Of a DNA stretch of 64,000 nucleotides, positions 1-10,315 are shown one piece after another. Position 1 is the stretch's first letter; each line of letters opens with the position of its first letter. Both the position numbers and the translations under genes were made by a program. Source of the stretch: Chloroflexota bacterium. Its GTDB lineage: Bacteria; Chloroflexota; Anaerolineae; J102. The notes below the pieces were generated by a model. That model was not told the DNA's origin and did no database searches. It saw only the letters and a program-made list of their open reading frames with translations. Location of the stretch: NCBI GenBank assembly GCA_041918515.1, contig JAYRVO010000170.1, forward strand, positions 3,526 through 67,525, given 5' to 3'.

Positions 1-125
1 TTTGTGTGAACGACAACTCCCTTGTGACCTGCCGGCAAATATCACCTGTTAGAGTAAGGACAGCTTAAGCAGCCAACCAGATGACGCCGGCGTCATCGCC
101 GATTCTAACACAGGAGGCGATGAAA

Positions 126-374
126 ATGACTCTCGAAACCCTTACCCTCATCCTACTGATCACCGGGCTGATCCCCTGGCACATCAGCCGCCGCACCGTA
201 GGACGTCGTCCGCACCTGCGCACCCGCTGGCAGGTCTATGCCATTTTCTGGAGGTTGATCGTGGAGCGTCCTCAGGGGCGCGGCCGTCAGCGAGCCAACT
301 GGCGTCTCACCGTCCCTTTGATCCAGTGTCTGGCCGATGCCGTGTGGACGGCGCTGCGCAAGCTGGTGGCATAG
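126..374 (+). CDS. small hypothetical membrane protein (one predicted TM helix)
   Basis: ORF 81..374 in the six-frame track. GGAGG at 113-117 sits 8 nt before the ATG at 126. There is one hydrophobic helix (LETLTLILLITGLIPW). No recognisable family. Confidence 0.3.
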   Translation: MTLETLTLILLITGLIPWHISRRTVGRRPHLRTRWQVYAIFWRLIVERPQGRGRQRANWRLTVPLIQCLADAVWTALRKLVA

Positions 375-628
375 AGCCGGCAAGCGGGCACCCTACGGCC
401 CCAATCTGCCCTCTCGGTACACTCTCGCTAGCCGGCGCTCAATCAGCGCCGACTGGCTGCTGGCCGAGCGGTCGATATCTGCGCTCCTGGCGAGCCTGGA
501 TAATCTCCGCCTCGATCTCGGCATCTCTCATTGTCTCGCTCCTTGCTGCCGCAGCCGCCTGGCGCAGGCGCGAGACGGCTGCAAGGGCGCGGGCGCGACA
601 CAGGGCAACAACGTTTTCTTCATCCGCA

Positions 629-657
629 TTGACAAGTCTATCCCGCCATGATACACT
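629..657 (+). promoter_or_regulatory. sigma70-like promoter, TTGACA-17-TACACT, upstream of the ATPase gene
   Basis: TTGACA at 629-634, a 17-nt spacer, then TACACT at 652-657. This lies about 47 nt upstream of the ATG at 704. Confidence 0.4.
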
Positions 658-703
658 CACAAAGACTATCTTATTAAGATACGGTCTGATCGAGGAGTAC
701 GCC

Positions 704-2095
704 ATGTTTCGCAATCGTCAACGCGAGTTGGGCTATCTGGAGAGCCGCTACGCCCGGCCAGGGGCTGAATTTGCCGTCCTCTATGGTCGGCGGCGGGTGG
801 GCAAGAGCAGCTTGATCTACGAATGGTGCCGCGAGAAGCCGCACCTGTATTTCTTCGCTGCACGGCTGCCAAGCCAGGCGTTATTGCACGAGTTCGGCCA
901 GCAGTTGGCAGCCGCGTTGGGCCAACCAGAGCGCACCTTCGCCGACTGGGACAGCGCCTTGCTGGCTTTGGCAGAGTTGGGCCGCGAGCGGCGTTTCGTA
1001 GTCGTGATCGATGAGTACCCCTACCTGGCCGATTCCGTGCCGGGCTTTTCGACTCTGCTCCAACGCGCCTGGGATACCGCGCTGCAGCATACACAGCTGT
1101 TCCTCTGCCTGACCGGCTCCACCTACAGCGTGGTGCGGCGGGAAATCCTGGATGGTTCGGCGCCGCTCTATCGCCGCCACACCTGGGCCTACGAACTGCA
1201 GCCGCTGCAGCCGTCCGATCTGCGAGCCTTCTTCCCCAATCTGGACGCCGAACGATTGATCGAGACCTATGCCATCCTGGGTGGGATGCCGCGCAACCTG
1301 CTGTCCTTCGATCCTGAGCTTGGCTTGATGCGCAATATCGCCCGCGAGCTTCTCGATCCGGCCGGCAGCCTGTTCAGCGAGGTGCGTCTGTTGCTGCACG
1401 AGGAACTCAAGGGCGAGGTGGATGCTTTTGCTCGCGTCTTGGGCGCTTTGGCGGCCGGCAACCATCGCCGTCAAGAGGCGGCAGCCGCCGCCAACTTGAC
1501 CCTGGCATCGCTTCAACATTACTTGAACGACCTGGTGACGAACGGGCTGGTCGAGCACCGGCTGCCGCTGAACCGGGATCGTGAGAACGGCCGGCTGGGC
1601 ACATACCACATCCTCGACCCCTTCCTGCGCTTCTGGCACCGCTGGGCCGCCCCGCACCGGGCGCTACTCGAGATCGGCCAGCGGCAGGATGAGACCCTGA
1701 GCGAAATCCGCAACAACCTGCCGTACATCGTGGCGCCGGTATGGGAGTCCCTCGCTCGACAGCATTTGTTGGCGGCCTCGGGCAGGGGGCAGATTCCTTT
1801 TCCGGTGCAGGAGGTGGGGTCGTGGTGGGCGCGTGGGGCGCAGATCGACCTGGTGGGCGTGAACCGGGCAGATCATCGCGTGGTTTTTGGCGAGGCGCGC
1901 TGGCGCAACACACCGGTCACAACGGCCGACCTGAATGCGCTGATGGACAAGGGCCTGCTCTGGCTCCGGGGCGATACAGCCCGCTGGGATGTCCACTACG
2001 CTTTCTTCGCCCGGAACCTGGGGCAGATGGAAGCCGCGGGGATGGACGATGAAAACATCCATCTGTTTACACCTGAGGATGTGACGCTGGCCTGA
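704..2095 (+). CDS. AAA+ ATPase of the archaeal-ATPase/DUF234 family
   Basis: Walker A GRRRVGKSS follows N-terminal MFRNRQRELGYLESRY. A DUF234-like C-terminal region is present (WARGAQIDLVGVNRADHRVVFGEARW). The start was chosen at the in-frame ATG at 704 inside track ORF 326..2095. Confidence 0.75.
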   Translation: MFRNRQRELGYLESRYARPGAEFAVLYGRRRVGKSSLIYEWCREKPHLYFFAARLPSQALLHEFGQQLAAALGQPERTFADWDSALLALAELGRERRFVVVIDEYPYLADSVPGFSTLLQRAWDTALQHTQLFLCLTGSTYSVVRREILDGSAPLYRRHTWAYELQPLQPSDLRAFFPNLDAERLIETYAILGGMPRNLLSFDPELGLMRNIARELLDPAGSLFSEVRLLLHEELKGEVDAFARVLGALAAGNHRRQEAAAAANLTLASLQHYLNDLVTNGLVEHRLPLNRDRENGRLGTYHILDPFLRFWHRWAAPHRALLEIGQRQDETLSEIRNNLPYIVAPVWESLARQHLLAASGRGQIPFPVQEVGSWWARGAQIDLVGVNRADHRVVFGEARWRNTPVTTADLNALMDKGLLWLRGDTARWDVHYAFFARNLGQMEAAGMDDENIHLFTPEDVTLA

Positions 2096-2236
2096 CAGAA
2101 CCTAACCCGGACGAGCCGGAACCAAACTAATCGTTAACCAGGAAGACACCAAGCTGTTCGGTCTCTTCTCCTTCGTGTCTTTGTGCCTTCGTGGTAAATT
2201 TTTTGCTCGCCGTGCAAGAATTTGGCTGGTAAGTTA

Positions 2237-3028
2237 CTAAAGGGTTCCCGAACTGTTAGCTTCCTCGCCCCCCACCACCCCCTCGATCAAAATATCCCCA
2301 AACGGCGTCGCCTGCTCCACCCGCACCTGCCGGCGCTTGAGCAGCTCCAACACCGCCAGCAGACTGACGATGATCTCTACGCGGGACGTGGCCTGACCCA
2401 GAAACTGCCGGAAGTGCACAGCCCTATCCGCCTTGAGCCACTTTTGCAACGCCGCCATCTTGTCCTGCACCGTGATCTGGTGTGGTTCGATGTCGGCCAC
2501 CGGCGTCGGCGGCGCTTCGTAGTCCCGCAACACCTCGAACACGGCCAACCATAGGGTCTGCACGGCCATCCCCGCGGGGTCGAGCCGTTTCTCCAACTTC
2601 GGCGGCGGCGCCAGGCGCACGTAGCCGCGTTGCCCGCTGGCTTCCAGCGTGTGCAGATGTTCGGCCTTCTCTTTGAACAGCTTGTACTCGCGCAACTGTC
2701 GCGCCAGCGCCTCGGCGGGATCCTGTTCCTCTTCTTCGCTCGCTTCGTCGGCTGGCCGCGGCAACAATGCCAGCGATTTGATGTACAACAGCCGCGCCGC
2801 CATCACCAGAAAATCGGCGATGCCATCCGGCCGGCGCTCCTCCAGGGTGGACAGATACGCCAGGTAGCCGCCCGTCACTTGGGTCAAGCTGACGGCGGTG
2901 ATGGGCAACTCCTCCGTCTCGATCAGATGGAGCAGGAGGTCGAGCGGGCCTTCGAAGCGCTCGTCTTCGCCGACATCCAGATGCAGGACGTAGTTGTCGG
3001 CGGGGTGTATCTGCAAGGGGAGGGGCAT
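2237..3028 (-). CDS. scpA: segregation and condensation protein A
   Basis: The kleisin N-terminus PLDLLLHLIETEELPITAVSLTQVT is diagnostic of ScpA. The gene's ATG overlaps the upstream gene's stop as TGACATG. Confidence 0.8.
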   Translation of the reverse strand: MPLPLQIHPADNYVLHLDVGEDERFEGPLDLLLHLIETEELPITAVSLTQVTGGYLAYLSTLEERRPDGIADFLVMAARLLYIKSLALLPRPADEASEEEEQDPAEALARQLREYKLFKEKAEHLHTLEASGQRGYVRLAPPPKLEKRLDPAGMAVQTLWLAVFEVLRDYEAPPTPVADIEPHQITVQDKMAALQKWLKADRAVHFRQFLGQATSRVEIIVSLLAVLELLKRRQVRVEQATPFGDILIEGVVGGEEANSSGTL

Positions 3029-3029
3029 G

Positions 3030-6000
3030 TCAGAACGTCAGGAACGGCTTCCCCGACTGCGCCAGGCGATCGAGCATGGCCTTGGTCTCGGCGAAATCTT
3101 TACCGGCCAGCCGCTCCACCTTGACGCCTGCCGCGCGCAGCTCAGCCTCGACCTCTGGGCTGACGCCGCCCGCACCGCCCACGATGGTGACGTACTCGGC
3201 CTGTTTGGCGTCGTCCAGCGAGAACCCGGCGGTGGGATGGAAGCGGGCGATGTAGTTCATGGCCCCCACCCAGTCTTGCTGCGCCCAACCCTCCGCGCGC
3301 TCCCAGAACAGCAGATAATGGCGGATCGGCTTCTCGGCCGGCGCCACGGCCTCGCCCTTCGCCTCTCGGATTTGCTCGAACAACAGATTCTTCCACTTCC
3401 CCCCTTCCAGCCATTGTTTACCCGGACAAGCGGTGACATTGAGCGGGAACTCCTTATGGCCCCAAACGTTGCCCAACGGGATTCTCAACTCCTGCATCAG
3501 CCAGGCGATGAGGCGGGCAGCGGCGTCGAGCTGCGCCGGCGTGGGCACGACATCCGTGAAATCTCCGGCTACGCACACACCCACTGTGTAGTCGTTGTTC
3601 TTGTAGACGTGATACGAGCTGAGCGCCAGGTCTTGGGTGTGGTAGATTGTGCCGTCGGGGCCGATGTAGTAGTGGTACCCTATCCCCGGCCACTGGTGGG
3701 TGGGGTTGGTGACGTGGTATTGGGCAATGCGTTCGGGCGGAATGTTGGCAGGCGCGGCGCTATGGTGGACGGCCATATGGGTGATCTTGTCCAGCGTGCG
3801 GCTGTTATAACTGCTGTTCGGGTTCTTGGCCAGCTTGTCCACCAATTCCTGCATCGCCGGCTTGACCACCATCTGCGGCGCGCCTGGCTCCGCTGGGGCT
3901 GGCGCGGGGGGGCGAATGGCGCCGTTTTGCATCGCCTCGATTTGCTTTTGCAACGAGGCGATGCTCGCCTGCAATCCCGCCACACTCTTGTTCAGCCGGT
4001 CGCGTTCGTTTTGGAGCGCCTGTTTTTCATTTTGAAGGGCGGTGATTTGGTTTTTGGCCGCTTGCAGATCGCCGGCAAGGGGGACGCCGCCCTGTAATTG
4101 GGCATTTGCCGCAGCCAATTGCTTGCTCAAGTCCTGGTTTTGCGACTGCAACTGGCCCACCTGGGTAGTAGTCGCGACCAATTGCCTGCCCAAATTCTGG
4201 TTTTGCGACTGCAACTGGCCCATCTGGGCATTGATCGCAGTCAGTTGCCTGCTCAAGTCCTGATTTTGTGTCTGCAGTTGACCGATCTGTTGGCGCAAAG
4301 CCTGCGTCACAGCCGTATCGGGACGGTCGCCTTGCAATTGCGCCCTGGCCGCGGCCAACTGCTGTGCCAGATCCTGGTTCTGGGCTTGCAGTTGCGCCAC
4401 CTGCTGGCGTAGCCCCTGCACCAACGCCTGATTACCCGCCTGACCGGGCGCGGGCGGCGCCGACTCGCGCACCGTCTGCACCCGCGCCATCAATAGCTTT
4501 CGCCAATTCTGCCCCTCGCTCCACTGGTTGCCCGGCGAGGCCGTGACGACGAACTCGCGCACCCCCTTCACGTTCTCATCGGTCACATTGTAGGTCTGTT
4601 GCAGCCACGCCACCAACGCCGCCAGGCTGCTCAATTGCACATCGGTGGGAATAGCATCATTGAAATTGCCGGCGACATGGATGCCGATGCCATTGAAGAT
4701 CCACGGCTGATCCTTATCCACGACCTCGGTGATAGCGTTGGTCTGCAAGATGGCGCCGCCGCCATCGATGAAATACTGGCAGACGATGGCGGGCCAATGC
4801 GCCGTGTGCGCTCGTGCCACCCGGTCGGCCCCCACACTCGCCGGCGCGCCGGTGTGGTGGATGACAATGGCGCGGATGTCGCCCTCGCTCCGCCGGATCA
4901 TGTTGCCGTCGCCACGCGGCAACTGTTTGCTCACGTCGCGCAATGCTGGTTGCGGCACGGCGCTCTTCGTGGCCTGCCGCAACGCCGTCTGCAGAGCCGA
5001 GACCTCGGTTTGCAGAGACGCCACCCGCGCGCTCAGCGTCGTCGCCTGCGCGCTCGCGCGGTCCCGCTCTTGCCGGGCCAGGGTCGCCTGTTCGCGCAGC
5101 GCCTCGGTATCTCGGAGCGCCTGTTCGAGTTGCTGGCGCAAGGTCGCCAGCGCGGCATCGTCCACCGGCCCGGCCGCCCCCCCACTCCCGCGCAGCGGCT
5201 CGATTCGCTCGACCAACATCTTCTTCCAGTTTTGGCCGCTCAACCACTGCTTGCCCGGCGATTGCGTGGGTGTAAAACCTTCACTCAAGCCCTTGACCGC
5301 CGTCATTTCCAGCCCATATGCGTCCAGCAGCCAGGCGCACAACGCGGCCAGGGCATCGAGCTGTGCTGGCGCCGGTACAACATCGCTGAAATTGCCCGCC
5401 ACGATGACATTGACGCCTTCCAGCGCCCACGGCGCATTGCTCACCGCCTCGGTCAGGCCGTTGGTCTGATAGATCGCCCCCTCGCTGTCGATGTAGAACT
5501 GGCCGGGCATGGCCGCCATGCCCTTCTGTCGATAAATTTGGGCGATGCGCTCCACCGTGATGGCGCCAGCGATGGCTGTGTGGTGGATGATGACATATTT
5601 GATCTGGCTCTCCGGGCGCGCTACCAATGCCGGCAGATCGCGTGGCAACTGGCTGCTGATGTCCTGGATGTCGGGTCGCGGCGCCGCGCCGCCGAATTGC
5701 TTCAGGCGGTCGCCCAGGCTCTTGACTTGCTGCTGCAAAGCCGAGATCTGCTTACTTGCCTCGAACGCTTGTGACGCCGTCAGCCGCAGCCGCACTTTGC
5801 CCTTTTCGAACTCCTCGACAGCCACACGCTGGAAATACTGCACCGCCATCCCGTTTTCCATGAATGGCTCGGTGATGGGATAGCCGCAAATATCCAGCCC
5901 ATATTTTCGATAGAAGTCCAGGAAGACGCCGCGCACCCAAACCTTCGTCTCCGCGAAGAACTGTTCGGCTGGCAAGGGTGCGGGTTTGACGTTGACCGTC

Positions 6001-7400
6001 GTCCGTAGCACCTGGCTGCCTTTGTCGGCAAACCAGGTGATGTTTTCGTGCACCATGTCCAGGCTGAGCGTGTAGGCGCCGGCCTGGCTTGGCAACCCGA
6101 CTTTGGTCGCCAGCTCGACCGTCTCGCCCGCCTTCACATTGCGCGGCAAAGAGGTGCGATAATCGGCGGCGCCGACCTGATTCCCGTTGCCATCGTACCA
6201 GTGATAGCCCAGTCGCACAGGATTGCCGCCGCTGGCCGCCCATTCCATACTACCGGTATTGCGCACTGTCACCGCCGCCGTCATCTCGCCGCCCGCTTGA
6301 CCTCCAGCCGGCGCTTTCTTCCATTGGATGAGCGCGCCGTAGGTGGCTGTGGCATCGGGCGCCGCCATCCCATCGCTCCGCCAGCGCAATCGCCAATCCA
6401 TCGCCATCTTGAAATCGTCGATCACCCCGCTCTTACCTTCGATATACCACTTATCCAAACGGGGCCAGCGATAAAGAACGAGCGCGCGGATTTGCTGATC
6501 GTTGTTCTTGTTCCAGTAATCGATCTCGCCATAGGCTCGACGCACCCAGCTATTGTTTTCGTTACGCCATTCGTCATCCTGATCGGTTTCGGTGATATAA
6601 ACCGGTAAGCGCCGCATGTCGGCAGGGATCGCCTGCATGAAATCGACATACGTCCGAAAATGATAGTGCCGGTTCTGAAACGGCGCCGCCATCTTCGCCG
6701 GTGAATCGAGCAACGAAGGATCGAAACCGTGTGTATAAGCATGCAGCGTCATGCCATCGCATCCTGCCGGCCCCAGCTGATTCAGCACATCCTGGAAGTA
6801 CTGCACCCAGTCGCCATTTTCGTTGCCAGGATATTTGGTCAGATTGTTCCAGGGGGCGATGGCGCCGGTGAGCACTTGATCGTTTTCGTGTCCTGGTTGC
6901 TTGTGAATGGCATCGCGCGTCATCCGATAGCATTTGACATAACGTTCAGGCGTGATCATCTCACCAGCACTATCTGGCCGGCGAGGTCGTGGGGGATTGG
7001 CGCCCCAATCCCAATCTGCTCCCGGCCACTCGATGGGGTGATTCATCTCATTGCCAATGATCCAGATATGCGCGCCATCAGAATTACGTGCAAAATTGGC
7101 GCAACGCTGGGCAAAATCGGCGTAACGCGCCTCTGGGGGAATGGTGCCCACTCCTCCGTACCCAGCATTCAAGCGCACGATCACGCCCAAGCCCCGATCA
7201 GCAAGACCGCGATAGTTGCCGCCCCGCTGATCATTGGCGTCGAAACCGATGCCTTCCGTGACCAGCACCCAACCTGGAATCCCTTTTTCCAGCATGATGG
7301 ATTCGCCGCCGGGATCGTGCAGCCCGTAAAGGTATTCTGATTCGTTGAGAGGCCCAGCCATAGGCGCGTTCTTGGGGGAAAGTGGAGAAAGGGCAGACAC
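3030..7400 (-). CDS. multidomain peptidoglycan hydrolase: N-terminal GH-A clan glycoside hydrolase, an Ig-like domain, three N-acetylmuramoyl-L-alanine amidase (Amidase_2/PGRP) domains separated by Q/N-rich coiled coils, and a C-terminal domain of unknown function
   Basis: IIGNEMN and VYITETD match the GH-A acid/base and nucleophile motifs. There are three copies of IHHTA..YHYYI/QYFID..VAGNF..CPG.QW (Amidase_2). QLQSQNQDL heptad repeats lie between them. No N-terminal signal peptide is visible. The start is uncertain: GTG at 7400 or ATG at 7361. Confidence 0.7.
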   Translation of the reverse strand: MSALSPLSPKNAPMAGPLNESEYLYGLHDPGGESIMLEKGIPGWVLVTEGIGFDANDQRGGNYRGLADRGLGVIVRLNAGYGGVGTIPPEARYADFAQRCANFARNSDGAHIWIIGNEMNHPIEWPGADWDWGANPPRPRRPDSAGEMITPERYVKCYRMTRDAIHKQPGHENDQVLTGAIAPWNNLTKYPGNENGDWVQYFQDVLNQLGPAGCDGMTLHAYTHGFDPSLLDSPAKMAAPFQNRHYHFRTYVDFMQAIPADMRRLPVYITETDQDDEWRNENNSWVRRAYGEIDYWNKNNDQQIRALVLYRWPRLDKWYIEGKSGVIDDFKMAMDWRLRWRSDGMAAPDATATYGALIQWKKAPAGGQAGGEMTAAVTVRNTGSMEWAASGGNPVRLGYHWYDGNGNQVGAADYRTSLPRNVKAGETVELATKVGLPSQAGAYTLSLDMVHENITWFADKGSQVLRTTVNVKPAPLPAEQFFAETKVWVRGVFLDFYRKYGLDICGYPITEPFMENGMAVQYFQRVAVEEFEKGKVRLRLTASQAFEASKQISALQQQVKSLGDRLKQFGGAAPRPDIQDISSQLPRDLPALVARPESQIKYVIIHHTAIAGAITVERIAQIYRQKGMAAMPGQFYIDSEGAIYQTNGLTEAVSNAPWALEGVNVIVAGNFSDVVPAPAQLDALAALCAWLLDAYGLEMTAVKGLSEGFTPTQSPGKQWLSGQNWKKMLVERIEPLRGSGGAAGPVDDAALATLRQQLEQALRDTEALREQATLARQERDRASAQATTLSARVASLQTEVSALQTALRQATKSAVPQPALRDVSKQLPRGDGNMIRRSEGDIRAIVIHHTGAPASVGADRVARAHTAHWPAIVCQYFIDGGGAILQTNAITEVVDKDQPWIFNGIGIHVAGNFNDAIPTDVQLSSLAALVAWLQQTYNVTDENVKGVREFVVTASPGNQWSEGQNWRKLLMARVQTVRESAPPAPGQAGNQALVQGLRQQVAQLQAQNQDLAQQLAAARAQLQGDRPDTAVTQALRQQIGQLQTQNQDLSRQLTAINAQMGQLQSQNQNLGRQLVATTTQVGQLQSQNQDLSKQLAAANAQLQGGVPLAGDLQAAKNQITALQNEKQALQNERDRLNKSVAGLQASIASLQKQIEAMQNGAIRPPAPAPAEPGAPQMVVKPAMQELVDKLAKNPNSSYNSRTLDKITHMAVHHSAAPANIPPERIAQYHVTNPTHQWPGIGYHYYIGPDGTIYHTQDLALSSYHVYKNNDYTVGVCVAGDFTDVVPTPAQLDAAARLIAWLMQELRIPLGNVWGHKEFPLNVTACPGKQWLEGGKWKNLLFEQIREAKGEAVAPAEKPIRHYLLFWERAEGWAQQDWVGAMNYIARFHPTAGFSLDDAKQAEYVTIVGGAGGVSPEVEAELRAAGVKVERLAGKDFAETKAMLDRLAQSGKPFLTF
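4110..4300. repeat. tandem ~66-bp repeats encoding the coiled-coil linker inside the hydrolase gene
   Basis: About 2.5 near-identical 66-bp units (ttgcgactgcaactggccca.ctggg...) are visible. They translate to QLQSQNQDL-type 22-aa repeats. Confidence 0.8.
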
Positions 7401-7509
7401 CTGTCAGGTCTCGCAGACTTGACAGGTGTTAGGATGCCATCTGTAGTTGCACGGATTATACACACATCGGGCCACATGTCCACCGTTTGCGCAGAGTGTG
7501 AGAGGAGGC

Positions 7510-7515
7510 TATAAT
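7510..7515 (+). promoter_or_regulatory. consensus TATAAT -10 element upstream of aspS
   Basis: GGCTATAATCTG lies about 80 nt upstream of the aspS ATG. The -35 match is only weak (TTTGCG). Confidence 0.35.
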
Positions 7516-7594
7516 CTGAGTCAGGAGAGCCGCGGTCGGACGGTCTCTTTTTTTGTCTTTTGCGTCATTCTCGTTTTTCTGGAGTTTCGCCCCG

Positions 7595-9355
7595 ATGCTG
7601 AAATCCATGCAGTGCGGAAACCTGCGCAAGAGCCATGTCGGGCAACAAGTGACCCTGGGCGGTTGGGTTCATCGCCGCCGGGATCATGGTGGACTCATTT
7701 TCTTCGATCTCCGTGATCGCTCGGGCTTGGTCCAGGTCGTCGTCGGCGCCGACGCCGCTTCGGAAGCCCACCGCGCTGCGGCAGAAATTCGCAGCGAATA
7801 CGTCGTGCAAGTCCACGGCGTTGTCGAACTGCGCCCCGAAGGTCTGATCAACCCCAATCTGGACACAGGCGAGATCGAGATCAACGCTCAGAGGGTCACG
7901 ATTCTCAACCCGGCCCTCCCCACCCCCTTCCCCATCAACGAGGAAGTGGAGGTCAGCGACACCGTGCGGCTGAAGTATCGCTATCTCGATCTGCGTCGCC
8001 AGCGCATGCAGCGCAACCTCATGTTGCGACACCGCATCAATAGCTTCATCCGCAACTATCTCGATCAGAACGACTTTCTAGAGATCGAGACGCCCATCTT
8101 GCTCAAGAGCACACCCGAGGGCGCGCGGGACTTCATCGTCCCCAGCCGCGTGCAACCGGGCAAATTCTATGCCCTGCCGCAGTCGCCCCAGCAGATGAAG
8201 CAATTGCTCATGATCGCCGGCTTCGAGCGTTACTTCCAGATCGCCCGTTGCTTCCGCGACGAAGACTTGCGCGCCGACCGCCAGCTGGAATTCACGCAGC
8301 TCGACCTGGAGATGTCTTTCGTCGAAAGCCAGGACATCCGTGACCTGATCGAAAATCTCATGACTGAGCTTTTCCGCGCGGTCAGCGGCAAAACCATCCA
8401 GCAAAGCCCCTTCCCGGTGCTGACTTATGCCGACGCCATGGCCCGCTACGGCTCTGACAAACCCGATCTGCGCTTTGGCCTCGCCTTTGTCGATCTCACC
8501 GACCTGCTCGCGGCGAGCGGCTTCGGTGTCTTCGCCAACGCCGCCGCTGCAGGCGGCGAAATCAAGGCCATCTGCATCCCCGGCTGCGCCGGCTATTCGC
8601 GCAAACAGATCGACGAATTGACCGAGGAAGCTCAGCGCAAAGGCGCCAAAGGCCTTGTCACGATCAAAGTAGAAGGCGACCAGCTGCACTCGACCATCGC
8701 CAAGTTCCTGACCCCCGTCGAGCTTGATGGCATCCGGGCGCGCTGCCAGGCCCAAGCGGGCGACCTCATCCTCATCGTCGCCGACGCCCCCGCGGTCGTG
8801 GCGGAGGCATTGGGGAGCCTGAGGCTCTTGCTGGGCTACCGCCTGGGCTTGGCCGATCCCAACGTCCTCGCTTGCGCCTGGGTGATTGATTTCCCGCTGT
8901 TGGAGTGGAACGCCGAGGAGAAGCGGTGGGAGGCCAAGCACCATCCTTTCACCAGCGCCCGCGACACCGACTGGCCCCTATTGGACACTGACCCTGGCGC
9001 GGCCCTGGCCAAGGCCTATGACCTCGTCTGCAACGGCATGGAGATCGGCGGCGGCAGCATCAGAATCCACGACCAGGAACAGCAGGCGAAGATGTTCGCC
9101 ACCTTGGGCATCTCGCTGGAAGAGGCGCAGGCCCAATTTGGCCACATGCTCGAAGCCTTCCAATATGGCGCGCCTCCCCACGGCGGCATTGCCCTCGGGT
9201 TGGATCGCATCACCGCCATCCTGTCCGATGAATCCAGCATCCGCGAAGTGATCGCCTTCCCCAAGACAGCCTCGGCCACCGACCTGCTGTTGAACAGCCC
9301 CAGCCCGGTGTCGCCGCGGCAGTTGGCGGAGTTGCATATTGGGGTGATTAGTTGA
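7595..9355 (+). CDS. aspS: aspartyl-tRNA synthetase
   Basis: N-terminal [49 protein letters not shown], the class II motifs ([24 protein letters not shown]) and a GAD insertion domain are all present. GGAG sits 10 nt before the ATG at 7595. Confidence 0.92.
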   Translation: MLKSMQCGNLRKSHVGQQVTLGGWVHRRRDHGGLIFFDLRDRSGLVQVVVGADAASEAHRAAAEIRSEYVVQVHGVVELRPEGLINPNLDTGEIEINAQRVTILNPALPTPFPINEEVEVSDTVRLKYRYLDLRRQRMQRNLMLRHRINSFIRNYLDQNDFLEIETPILLKSTPEGARDFIVPSRVQPGKFYALPQSPQQMKQLLMIAGFERYFQIARCFRDEDLRADRQLEFTQLDLEMSFVESQDIRDLIENLMTELFRAVSGKTIQQSPFPVLTYADAMARYGSDKPDLRFGLAFVDLTDLLAASGFGVFANAAAAGGEIKAICIPGCAGYSRKQIDELTEEAQRKGAKGLVTIKVEGDQLHSTIAKFLTPVELDGIRARCQAQAGDLILIVADAPAVVAEALGSLRLLLGYRLGLADPNVLACAWVIDFPLLEWNAEEKRWEAKHHPFTSARDTDWPLLDTDPGAALAKAYDLVCNGMEIGGGSIRIHDQEQQAKMFATLGISLEEAQAQFGHMLEAFQYGAPPHGGIALGLDRITAILSDESSIREVIAFPKTASATDLLLNSPSPVSPRQLAELHIGVIS

Positions 9356-9399
9356 TTGGAGATTGGAGATTGGCGAGGCTCAATCTCCAATCTCCAATC
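9354..9399 (+). terminator. perfect 19-bp-stem hairpin built from GATTGGA/TCCAATC heptamer repeats, immediately after the aspS stop
   Basis: GATTGGAGATTGGAGATTG (9354-9372) pairs perfectly with CAATCTCCAATCTCCAATC (9381-9399) around an 8-nt loop. No U-tract follows it. It belongs to the CAAT-heptamer element family. Confidence 0.5.
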
Positions 9400-9589
9400 T
9401 CTAATGTCCAGAAAATCGAAAAATTGGTGTGTTGGCTGTGACAAAAGTCGCAGCGCGGGGCGGGGGAAAAGGCTAAAATGGGCGATCACTAGGGATGGTT
9501 GCTTCGGAGGCGATGACTTCCTTTCCTCTGTGGGTTGCCTCCGGCAGCCAGGCACTGCGGATCATAATCGTCGATGGCGGAACGCTGGC

Positions 9590-9990
9590 CAGGTTGAGGC
9601 GCAGCCGCACAGGACGCAACCGAGACCCCCACCCGCACCCCCACGCCCACCATCACCCCCACGCACACTCGCACGCCCACTCTGACGCCGACCCCAACTC
9701 GCACGCCCACCCGCACCCCCACCCTGACGCCGACCGACACGCCCACACCAACACCGACCGACACGCCCACACCAACACCGACCGACACGCCCACCCCGAT
9801 ACCGACCGACACACCCACACCAACGCCCACCGACACTGCTTCACCGACGTCGACCGACACATCCACACCTACCCCCACCGATACTGCTACACCGACGCCA
9901 ACCAACACACCCACCAACACCGCCACCCCGACCGATACGCCTACCCCCACCAGCACGCCGCGCATCTTCCGTCATTGGCTGCCGCTACTG
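9590..9990. repeat. imperfect ~27-bp-period tandem repeats (ccgaccgacacgcccacaccaacac); coding frame ambiguous
   Basis: One + frame reads as a Thr/Pro linker ([14 protein letters not shown]...) but has no start codon after an upstream TGA. A second + frame is His-rich (track ORF 9495..10010). The minus frame is a (GV)n ORF. Confidence 0.7.
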
Positions 9991-10011
9991 TTGTCGTGAT
10001 CAGGGTGTGAT

Positions 10012-10039
10012 TTGACTTTTTCACCGGTGATGCTAAGCT
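10012..10039 (+). promoter_or_regulatory. putative promoter TTGACT-16-TAAGCT driving the antitoxin, possibly giving a leaderless mRNA
   Basis: TTGACT lies at 10012-10017 and TAAGCT at 10034-10039. The ATG at 10046 is about 7 nt downstream of the -10 element. Confidence 0.3.
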
Positions 10040-10045
10040 ATCATC

Positions 10046-10315
10046 ATGTCTACACTTACACGCGAGGCGACGATGATTCCGAGCGCCATTCTGCCCCCAC
10101 AGTTCGTAGTCGATGCCACTGGCCGGCGTACAGCAGTGCTTTTGGACGTGCGTTCATGGGAGTTGCTCTCAGATTGGGTCGAGACCGTTACGGACGTCAA
10201 GGTCGCTCATTTGGGTCTGCAGGAACTCGTGGACGCAGGAGGTCGGCCTGAGCAAGCCGGCTGGCTGGAGTGGGATAACATCCGCGACGCGTGGGACGAT
10301 GACAAAGACAGTTAG
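10046..10315 (+). CDS. type II antitoxin (Phd/YefM-like) paired with the downstream RelE/ParE toxin
   Basis: An 89-aa acidic protein (C-terminal DDDKDS) sits immediately upstream of, and overlaps, a RelE/ParE-family gene. There is an alternative start at 10073. Confidence 0.55.
   Translation: MSTLTREATMIPSAILPPQFVVDATGRRTAVLLDVRSWELLSDWVETVTDVKVAHLGLQELVDAGGRPEQAGWLEWDNIRDAWDDDKDS

Noticed and set aside
8078-8944. 288-aa minus-strand ORF inside aspS
   Set aside because: It is antisense to a confidently identified gene. It has a high-GC stop-free frame and is Ala/Gly/Arg-rich with no motif.
9489-9965. (GV)n-rich minus-strand ORF over the 27-bp repeat tract
   Set aside because: It is a product of repeat periodicity, as are the + frames. 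No start or RBS support distinguishes it. The tract is reported as a repeat instead.
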